DNA from: Asterias rubens
Lineage: Eukaryota
Direction of reading: 5' to 3'
NCBI RefSeq assembly: GCF_902459465.1
Contig: NC_047080.1
Span: 11,966,001-12,030,000, forward strand
DNA length: 64,000 bases
Shown here piece by piece: positions 50,010-61,400 of the stretch. Each line of letters opens with the position of its first letter. Position 1 is the first letter of the stretch. The notes below the pieces were generated by a model. That model was not told where the DNA came from. It saw only the letters and a list, made by a program, of their open reading frames with translations, and ran no database searches. A program made the translations under genes and the position numbers.

Positions 50010-52323
50010 TTAAGTTTTGTTGCCGCTTTGGGTGTTTTCGGCTTTGCTTCGCCACTTTATAACTGAACAACTTTTCGCTTTCTTGAAAGTGTTTTAATCC
50101 TGAAAAGCGCTGTAGGCATAACATTGGCATACAATATTTGTCACGACTAGGGGCCTATTTGATTTGCTTGTAAACTTATAATTATAAAAATTGCAGTAAA
50201 GATAGCGTCAGCATAATTATTTCAGATGGTTCTCGCAAAGTGATGCAGTCTCGGTTTGGTCATTATATCAGAGTTTTGGATCTGCTCTCAAAGTGCAATC
50301 GTTAAAGGAAAGTTGGGTTAAGTTCACTTAGTAATCGATAATGCATTATAGGGCCTATGCCTATATTATTATAACCCCACTTAGCCGAATAAGTGTATGG
50401 TTCAGTGTGGCGCCACATAGTTCCGGATTAACAGCGTGTTTTTTGTAACCTTGGGTTTAGCTATGGAGCATTGTGACATACTTTTTTGTATTCCTCGGAA
50501 GCTTGACGTGATTTAAGTGGATTCTGTCCATATTGAGTGGATGTTGGTGGTGGGTAGTGGGATAGTGTGTGTTTAACCCTTCTCTGGTTTAACTCAGGTT
50601 CAAAGAGTCCAGCCAAAATTATGACCGTGTACGTTGTAATGTGTGAGGTTCATTTTTAGCGACCTTCACAAATAAGTTTGACAGACAATCGACGTATTGA
50701 CGTAATTGATAATTAGAACATAGGTATTGTAATTATGTTTTAACTTTACACATAAAAACAAATCTCGGTCAGAATTTGTGACCCGGATTATTGAGGGTTA
50801 GGTTTGGGGTAAGGGCCGACCCACCCCCCCCCCCCCCCCCCGTGAGAGGCTGACCCAGGAAGTAGTTAAAAGAAGCAATCTTAACGGAGTCTGTAACAGT
50901 GACCCATTTCTGGGTCATACATACACACTAGCTTAAAACAAACCAAAAAATATAATTGTGTTCATCCATTAATAGTTTACATGTATATATCACTAAAATA
51001 ATCGGGCCCCCCGTGGCAAGATTCTCTAGTCACCGTGTCCTTGGTGGTCTACTAATCATAAAAAAAACATTAAACAAAAACGACTTTAGAAATAGCCTTC
51101 GATAAACACACTCTGCTTAGGGTTGAAATTTCAGGCCAATATTACTATTTTTGTTTTCATTTATACCATTATTTGTCTGGTCCTTTTGGTTGATAAGCAG
51201 TTATAAAACAGCTAATTCAAAATACAAAATATTGTTTTCATTTTAAGAACAAAATAAAAATTTACAACTTTGTGATTAATTTGTACTTCTTCAAAATAAT
51301 TTCTTCAAGTGTTCGAGTAATCAGTAAAAGTTTTTTTTTTATATCAACTGAACTTTTGGTCGGTGTAACTCTTAAAAGATTACATAATGTTTATAGAGTT
51401 TTCATGTTTTTAGTTCTCTTCGTATGGTCAGTGTAAACTTTGCCAAAATCTAAGACATTCTTCTGAGTCCTCCATCCTCATTCTCGTAACCCCTGCAAGG
51501 GTCAAACATTAACAGGTTATTCAAGTCATGGCGAGTGATTTTGTAAGCATTGTCCGGAGTGGGGCGTACTATTCAGTGTAAACGGGCACACAATCACGCC
51601 GAAAGAACGGGGACATTCCACGGGTCCTGGCCCTGGCTTCATCACCCGGTAACAATGGGGTGAAAAGACAGGACCACTCGGCCGGAGGGAAGGCTCAATT
51701 CGCGCTTGCAAGTTGGATGTGTTCGGTGTTTTGTTTCTTTCTCAATCGATTTGAAACAATATCAAGGGCTTTTTGTTTTACAACCAGAAGTTAAATGATA
51801 TTCAATTAAATGAACAATTTAATATACTCAATTTTGTAATAACATCAAGTGCTTTTTTATTTTTACAACCAGAAGGTGAGAAAGTATTTATATTAATGTT
51901 TAATTGTAGGCAGGGAGAAATAATTTTAAAAGACATCTTTATACTTTAATTTCCTTGAAATAAAAATGCGGTGCCAACAAATTGTCTTCGTTATTTCCAC
52001 TATAATTGTCGGTCCTTGTATATTTATGGAGAAGTTAAGTTGTTTTTCTCGACACCTTTTTTTAAGAATAACCTATCGGTAATTTAGCCTCTGTATTCAA
52101 GTATTGTGTGCTGTGTCTATTAATCAAATTGCGATACTTTTTCTTCACCAAATGTTTCCTTAAAGATGATAGGTTTGTTTGTAAAGCTATATAACTTGAT
52201 TTAATTAAACTTACTGATTCAATTTGCCCCTCCGAATCACTTTCTAATCCTAAAACCCCCTCTCCACAAATGAGAAGAATAAGACGCCAACAAATTTACC
52301 TATGAAAGACTCTAGGGGTGCGC

Positions 52324-52355
52324 TTACGTAACTCACTTCAGAGGGAGATAAAAAG
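52324..52355 (+). promoter_or_regulatory. Putative ADAMTS proximal promoter (palindromic TTACGTAA bZIP site, TATA-like GATAAAAA)
   Basis: TTACGTAA at 52324-52331 (PAR-bZIP/NFIL3-type consensus) and an A-rich TATA-like box, about 135-165 bp upstream of the ATG. Confidence 0.35.
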
Positions 52356-52486
52356 AGTATGAGCCGTTTGGGAGGGGCTTTAGTGAGAGTGCCTAGATCT
52401 GGATATCACTTATCGGCAGAACGAGTACAGTCTTCAGTTTGGTGCTAAGACGGTTTTTGCTGGTTCATCACCGTCTCTCTGCCGTT

Positions 52487-55400
52487 ATGGAGTCCAGGTT
52501 ACTCGGCGTTGCCTCCGTGGCTGTCTGCCTCTTATGTTTAGCAACACCGTACTTCGCCAAACCACTAACTCAGGTAAACCAATCCTTCATGATTCACATC
52601 CAGATTTGAAAAGTTCTTAAGGATTTTCCTTTTTATTTTATTTGATGTACAGCATGTCGTTTATAATGGGGCGGGGTGGCGCTCTTAAACACCCATAAAT
52701 GTTATGTAAAGAACTCAAACTGCAATAGCAAGTTTGTGTTCAAAATTTCGAGCTGTTTTTGGCTAATTTGCTTCAATTTTAAAATAAGATTGTGTTTAAG
52801 ATTATGTTTCATTTGGCGCTACCATGAGAAATTCTCATACGCTGACCACACCGGATTCACCACACCCCGTCCTAGATCGAAAATTAAATCGATGACGCCT
52901 AACCACAAGCTACTGTGATTGGCCAATTGGCTGCACGTGGCAGTTTATGAATGAACAAAAACGCCCTTTCAGATTTCTTGTTTCAAGAAGTTTTATTGGT
53001 TCAAAACTGACCGCATAGTTTGTTCTGCATTTTGCCCAATGCTAAATTACTTTAGTCGGCCCGTTTAAAAAGCAACAACGATCATCTTTTTCTTGAGTAA
53101 AAACGTATTCTACTTTACAAACATTTTAAAGTTGGGTCTTAACTTTGTAAAAAATAAAGGATAACTTTCCGTATGGCGCCACCACCTTTTCACTCATTTT
53201 GACAAAAAGGGATATCTCATTGAGGTAAATTAGATACTATATTATTTCATATCGAATGAAAAAGTGGTGGCGCCATACGGAAACTTTTCCAAAATAAAAC
53301 GCCCATTTCAATTTTGGCTAAAATAATGTTTACTTTTGCTAAAACGCCTGTGCACGTCCTCCATGGTCACATCTTCAACAGTTTGATTTTTAAAATGCAC
53401 GAAGACAACAAAATGGTAATTAAATCATGGAAATCTTTAGTCACTATTTTAATCTATCAGACCCCCTCAAAATTGTAAATTGAAATGACCAAGGGTAATT
53501 TGAAGATTTTTAATGTAAAAAAGGGACAAACTCGAAGGGCAGAGATTCGACGCACGTGTGTGAAAGAGCCTTAAGCCTCGAGAACTTGGAACTTGTCCAA
53601 CATTTTATTCAACAAGTCCTTAGACGACCTCGTGTTCAAAATATGACCTGTTTCCCTGATATTATTGTTACTACAGCAGCTAAAATCATGCAAATTGAGA
53701 AAGCACAATGACATTTATTTCTGTAGTGTTGATTCCAAGTAGGACTTGAAACTTTGAATGTGTTGGTAACAGAGAGAGGTTTTTGGTAACACCATGATAA
53801 TTATCTCTTCCCAAACGAGATAATCACATAATTAGTGTTATTGCAAACTTCTCTTAGTCCTATAGTTGTAAATTTCAAATTTTAATTTTTCAAATTGTTG
53901 ATTTCTAAGGAAATAATAGTATCCGATCTGACTGCCACTGTTTCTTTCAAGGCAAATACAACTTCTCAATTTGTGTAATTAAGTGTAATTTTATTTAATA
54001 TAAAATGTACCTGTTCATGTTTGTTGTGTTGTCATTTAGCCTTCGAGAAAGACTCTGCTAGGGTCGAAACGTCAGGCCATTAACTATTTTTTCAATTATT
54101 TAATATTGAAAGAAAAAGTGGCAGTTGGCGACGGAAACCGTTCAACTTCTTGTTCCTCTCTGTATATCTTTAAGTGCTAAACATTGTCCATTTTTTTTGT
54201 AACTTTTCATTCACTATGGCGTCCATGTCAAACGTATAATTATAATCTTTCTTTTTGATATCTATTTATGAATCGCAGCGTTAAAGTAAATGGCTTTCCG
54301 CGTATGTGTGTATGGGCTCGTGAGCACTTTTGGATGAAGCATTGAGGAATGAAATTTCCTTCTCGGTTGAAGCGAGGGGAAGTTATTTGCTCCAAATGTC
54401 ATTTTCTATCTCTTCGTCATAAGATGTTGTCATCCAGAAATGTAAACAATTCTAAACAGACGCAACTTCTCATACACCACCCAAAACATGAAATGAGTCA
54501 GGGTATCTAAGGTGGGCGTTGGCCGTCTGGTCGTACCCTGGTTTTCCCCAAGTCCTCAGACCACCTTGGGGTCAGGGTGTCGATTGTGTCCTATCTATCC
54601 CCCATATTAGCAAGTCAAAACCCTTCTAGAAATCCATGTTAACAATGCGCCATTTCAAGCGTTATGTAAGCCTCTCTTTGCGGAGGCATTGTTTGCTTGG
54701 TTTGTGCATAAAGCTTCTGAAATCTCGAAGTGAAGTGAAGGGTGTTTGGACACAACTGGCCGTATGGTCGACTTTCCGGTTCTGACCGGTTGGATTCACC
54801 GAGAGCAAAGAATTTGATTAATTGAAACCAATTACCAAGAGCCGTCAACAAAATGAAATAGAAAGTTCATAATAAAAGGGTTTTTTAAATAATAAAATCA
54901 TACAACAATAATACTAATTGAATGCTTCTATGAAATTTTAGAAACCCTTTTTTAGAAACAAATCGGTAACCTGCCGCCACTTGTTCATTCGTTATGAATT
55001 AAATAAGTGTCTCATTTACTCGAATGAGATATTCCTTCTGCTGGTTAAGAATGAGTGCAAAAGTGGTAGCAGGAAATCTTTCCCGTTATTAAAGGAAGCT
55101 AGTTCCCAATAAGAATTTGTTTTCTTTTACTTTTTTTTGTGTCAAAAGTATAACTATTCGCGTCTGTCTGAATTTCCACTAAAACTTCCCAGTCAATGTT
55201 ATTACAATCAAAATGAGTTTGGCGACAAATCAAAATTAATTGTACACAATCTTCCCACTCGAGACGGAGGAGTGAAAAATGTGGAACTTAAAAAAAAATG
55301 TTCATCTTAAGGCTTTCTACGTAGAAGTTTTCAACAGGTCTTTAACAACTGGTGCTATATGGTGGTCTAGCTCTATATGTAAAATATGTAGGGTAGATAT

Positions 55401-58400
55401 GTAATGACCAGAGAGCAAGATGTAATGACCCAGTGAGGAGAATGCCTTGTGCAACGTGGAGAAATCTCGGGCTATTCACATGCAAATTAACAAATAATCT
55501 GGTTTACTCTGGGTCAATTATTAACTCGATAGCCTACAATCAATCCATATTAATTTGTTCTGCACCTGTGTTTCTTGTTAGCCTTATAGTGTTTAAGCAT
55601 TGGTATCCTTAATTTAGTTATCATGGTACCTCAAGAAAGTTGAAACTTTTTAGAAGGTGCCGAGTTGAATCATGAACCATGGTAGTGCATTTTACCATTA
55701 GTGTGTGGAGCTACCCGTTCAACCAACATGTAGCCGGCCTGACTGCTAGCATGCTGGGTTCATTGTGATTGACTTTTTATGGCCCCCATCTCACACTATA
55801 CCATGCCGTGACAGTCTTCAGGTTCTATTGTTAGCCATCTACAAATACCTCCCTTATGTTAATCCCTGTTGTGTAAACGAATCACGCCAGCGGAAATTCC
55901 TTTGCCAAGGCAGCATTAGAAAGCAATCGAATTGTGACTGGAGGAAATCACTTAGCAGAAAAAAATTAAATCAACTGGGTCGATTTTTCTATTATTTGAT
56001 AAAGATTTCTTGTGCAAAAAGAAAGAATCAATTACGTTCTTGGCCTTAATTAAGTTCTAAGCATGTAATATAACGTTATAGTCATAGGTTTATCGTCATA
56101 AAGGATGCATTCTTGTGGTTATATAAAAAATTAAGAGCAGTCAAACTCTTGATTGATTTTCCTTTCCTATACTCAGTAGGCCCACTTTCCCAAGTAATGC
56201 GCAAAAAACCCACATGTAAATCACTCGGTTGGATTCAGACCCAGTACCGTCCTTTGCATCTTAACAGTTGTCCTGCACAACAAATATACTTATTGATATG
56301 TATTTTGAATGTGTTCTTTCCCACAGAATATCGAGCTGAGCTCGGAGGATCGTCTTTATTATTTCGGCCAAAAGGAAGGTAAAAGTCACAATATCATGTA
56401 ACCATTAATCCTCTCTACTAAAATTACACTTTTGATGACAATTTTGACATGACAATAATAAATGCATTTTATAGTTATTCAAATGAAACACCCGGTGTTC
56501 GATAATGTTTGATACATGTACAAGAATGGCGTTGATTTCCTTAAGTTCATAAGGGTTTATAGAGTCTCGATCTACAACAAAGATGCGACCTTGTCTTTTC
56601 TTAAGCAAGAATTTCTAGTGTCCGCTATTTTATCCCTTTTCTTCTGGTTACCTTGATGTATTGTAAGACTCGCCGCTTTCAAAAAACATCTTTCAGACGA
56701 CTCATTTAATTTGTTGCTTTCTTCTCAGTGCAAGATTTCGAGCTGGTCTCACCGAGCCGATGGAATCGAGCTGCCCCTGGCAAAGCCGCTCTACATCAAG
56801 CATCCTTTGAAGCCTTTGGTGAGGATTTCAACCTCGATCTCAAGGGCAAGAAAGGTCTTATCAACGCTGCAACCGTCTTACATAAAGTTGGCCAAGATGG
56901 AAAGGTTAAATTGAGCCAAATCAGTAATAATTGCGATCTGTACGAGGGGACGTCTAAGAAACATGACAAATCTCACGTTTCAGCCAGCATTTGCGGCGAT
57001 AAGGTAAGGGTTTCACCTCAAGATTTAATTTTTAAAATTTATTTTAATTTTAAACCAACTCTGCAATATTGAAGAAAATATTTTGAAACCGATTTAGTCG
57101 ACGTGCCAGTAGATGTGTAAGATTAAGTTTAGGGAATACAAACTAAATTATTACTGTTACTTTTGCTTCACTGTCTTGCAATTTATGTGCAAGCGGAAGC
57201 AAACATTTACACTGCTTTTTGCAGCTTTCTCCAACTGTTAAAGTTCAAATAATTAAACTTAATATATTAAATTATTCTTTCACTTTAACTGTACTTCTTT
57301 AGATCGAGACAACAGTTGAGACTGATGCTTTTTAGTCAAATCATTGAAGTAAAAATAATACAAACATTCCGGAACGGAATTTTGTATAAAGTTATTATTT
57401 CACTTTCTTTTAACTTGTTAAGATTGAGGCAACAGTCAAGACGAAGGGAGCCGTTTTCCACATCCAACCTCTCCTTCCAAAACATCAGGAGCTACTAGCT
57501 ACTGATGATAAAACAACAGTGGATGAACCGGTCACGAAAAACATGCATATGGTGCTTAGAAGAAGCGTGAACATCGAGGCGTGTGACATGCAAAGTAAGC
57601 TAAACTTCTGCAAAATTTGTGTTATCAAAACATTTTTGTGAAACTTTGTCGATAACGCCTATTGACACCTATATATATCAATTTTGGGTGAAACAATTGT
57701 GCGCGTTATTTTCTAGCAAATTAAGTTTCAATGTTTTATAATACTTGAATGCATCAGATGCTGGTAATACAGATTCTGAATTTCATTTAAGACGAAAAAT
57801 TGCATTTGAAATGGAAACTTCCTCAGAAAAAAAATCAACAGTGGTGGCAAATTTCACTGTTTGTGACAAAGGAGATTGAGTCTACCACCGAAACACACAA
57901 AAGCCATAACTTAAAAACAAAGCAGGCGATTTGTATAACCAAGACGAGCAGTTAATTGAGGCAACTGTATTTACGAATACCATTTTCTTCCCCTTTTTGC
58001 AGCTGAAAGAATAACTTCCAGCGAGAGGCAGAAAAGGTCCACAATTGAAGAGCCGATTTACGTTGAAGCTTCGGTGGTTGCAGACGACATGATGTTCAAA
58101 ATTTATGGAACCAATACTGAAGAGTACATTCTCACCATCATGAACCAGGTATGTAACGATGTCTGTGATTGATCAAAAAGTTTGGGGGCTTTAAACGATT
58201 CGTTTCATCTGTTTTCATGACGTTTCAACAAGTCAAACTAAAACACTGTTTAATCAACTTTGCAATGATAAGCATTCTGTGCAAGTAGCAGATTCAACAA
58301 ATAATTATTGTTGCAATTTAAAATATTTGTTATTCGATTTTTTGTGTATAGGTGGCAGGTATGCTGAAGGATTCTAGTCTTGGTGTCCAAGTCAATCTCC

Positions 58401-61400
58401 GCATCACAGACATCAAAATCATCGAGTCGCCTCAGGTAAAGATAATTGCAGACAACTTTTTACATGGCACTTTTAATACACCGTATATTTTCTTTAACTT
58501 CAATAGTTTGAAACACTTGAGGGCGCTGTTACAATAAGTAGCACCTGTGACTGAAAAACCATACCGGGGTTTTCGAAATCGGTTTTTCACATTATTTATA
58601 CTGGTAATACTTTTGTCTTAATATTGTTTAGGATGACCTGCAACTATCTGAGAATCTGGATGAGACTCTGGACAGTTTCTGCTCTTGGCAAATGGACAGC
58701 AAATCTGACATTTCGATCCTAATTACAAGGTAAAGATTATACTGGAGTGAGATGAGATGAGGCAACGACTTGCAAATAAAATAAATATATCCTTGTTGAA
58801 TTACTTGTCCTCCTGCATGACATTTTCCTCTTCTTATTAAGATAACCCCCTTCTTAAATCCTCTAAAAGATTTCCTGAGATTCTAAGCACACAATGAACA
58901 CAATAGGGGGAGGGGGCGGGCTAGCGAGAGGTTTTTTTGAGAGGAAATAAAGTCTGACATTGATTGTAATGATCTCAGATTGCCATCTCTTGAACATGTT
59001 GAATTGAATCATTGAGTTGAATGAGTGAATTGATGGTCTTGTTGCTGTTTGTTGTTAGTCTTTAGTAAGTTGATCCCTTTGGCTTTGCAGCACAAAATGT
59101 GGCTACTGGGGTGTTTGGAACCAACTATTATTAATTAATTTTCACATGAATAATGATACTGCTCTTCTTATACTTATAGCCTTCGAGAAAGACTCTGCCA
59201 GGGTAAAAATTAACTATTTGCTGCATTTATACCATCGGTCTATTTGGTTGGTAAGTTGTTTGCAACAGCTAATTCTATTTTCTTGCTTTATTAATAAAGT
59301 TTTTTCTCTTATTGTTTTACAGACGTGACTTGGTATCGGCTGGCAGTCATCAGGTAATGGGTAAAGCTAAGGATGTAGGTGGAGCATGTGACCCTAAGAG
59401 ACGTTGTGTGATTGGACAAGATCATGGACCAAGTGGATTGATCTTTACTCTTACTCATGAGATTGGACACAGGTAACTCGAGAAATAAAATTAAAAATAA
59501 TCCCTGAAATTGATGAATAAAACTGATTATTTTGTTTACACAAATAAAAGCCATTGTCATTGCTTTTGTTATGTTCAGCTAACTTTGCCATTGTGTTAGC
59601 TTTATGAAAATGTACATCATTAAGTTTTAGTAAGGTTTTTTACAGATGGAGATGAAACAACTTCATCATTTCTTTACACACACTTGTAAGAAAGTGGTCA
59701 ATTGTCTCGAGCAGTAGAAAAATTTAAATTATATTGAAGACAAATTACAGCATTTATAGTTATACAAAAGACAAAAACAAAATATTTTCTGAAAACTATA
59801 GAATTTTTTTGAAATACTTGTCTCAAAAGTTACATACTGTTCTCCATGCTCTTGTTTAACAGTCTTGGTATGTATCATGATGGAGGCTTGAGCGATTGCG
59901 TCAACAAGAAGAATATCATGGCTACCGTACACTCTACTGGACCTGAGGCCTTCCAATGGTCAGAGTGTAGCCGAAATGATCTTCTCGACTTCTTGAGGTA
60001 AGTTGAAGCTTTGCATGTTGTGAAGAAACTTTGCAAGACAAGGGTAGCAAACATATATGATAATCTCTACTTTGAAGAGGCTTGCAATGATCATGTTTTG
60101 ATTGATGTTGCATGCTATTTTGAAAGGGGTGTATAATAGACCAGGCGAAGACCGCTTTAACTTTTAATAAATTCTAGATCTGGGTACCATTATACTCTCC
60201 ATATACTTCCAATCCCCATTTAGAGCCATATGAGAAGAGAGAAGACAATGTAGAAGTTTTAGTTTTAGATGTGGGAGGAAAACCCCAGAGAATCATTCCA
60301 GGTAGAACCCACGCAGTCAGGTTGGGACGGAAACCCAATCCACATAGTGCCCCTGTGGGATTCAAACCTAGGTCCCGGAGGTGGAAGGTGTGGCAAGACA
60401 CTACTACACCAACCTGACCTTAAAGTTAAAGTTAGGATCGGCAGGTTTATAGTTCTGCTCCATTAATTAGAAATCTGACTGGAATTCGTAATTGAACTGC
60501 GTGTGATCTTTGTACTTCTACAGCCGTCCCGAGTCCAAGTGCTTGAAAGATACTCCCAAGGCTTTGAGGAAACACTTTGCATCTTCCGTCCCCATGCCTG
60601 GATTCCACTACAACGCTAGCCAGCAGTGCGCCATGACATTCAATAAGAACAGCCTGGTTGCGTCTGAAGTCCTGAATAAACCTGTAAGTTAACATTATCA
60701 AATAATAAACCATGTTGTTTATCCCTTGATATTTCAAACAATTGACCACTACGATATTGATAAAAGAGGGAGACTAGATCATCTGGCTAGATAATCTGGA
60801 AGTCGTTGGTTCAAATCCAGCTGTAGTCATTCTTCGTTCAACCCTATATCAAAATAAACTTTCACACATTTATGTAACAGTCAGGATCTGAAAATATTAT
60901 TCTAATTTTTGTGTTTGGGAGATTAAGAACTTATTTTTGAAATGATTTTGTATTGTCTTTCTGTTTTGTATTTGTGTTTACAGGAGATCTGCAAAGCTCT
61001 TGTGTGTAAGACTGGAAAGGGAGAACCCGAATCAACCCTGAGTCCTCCACTCGATGGAACACGTTGTGGAACCAAAAGAGATGTAAGATTAAATTGATGA
61101 TGTCACAAATTTATATATATTCTCTGCTTGATTAGAAGTCTTGAACTTAATTTGTAATTTCTTTTTTTGTTGTGGAAGGGGTCCTGATACGCCTAATTGA
61201 TTTAATTTTGTTACCTTCTTCATGTGTTGTAGATTTGTATCCAAGGTGAATGCATGAAAGTCTACAGTACCTTGGTCTGCGATGGCGGAGAATGTATTCC
61301 CTTGTAAGTATCTAGTTTTATTTTATTATAGACCACAAGGAAAGCTGACTTACTGGCACCCCGAACAAAGATATTGACAAAATAGAGAGATCACCAACAT

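Noticed and set aside
54511-54600. Canonical hammerhead on the minus strand (CTGAGGA...GAAA)
   Set aside because: Helix order is incompatible with the three-way junction; kept only as an unclassified hairpin.
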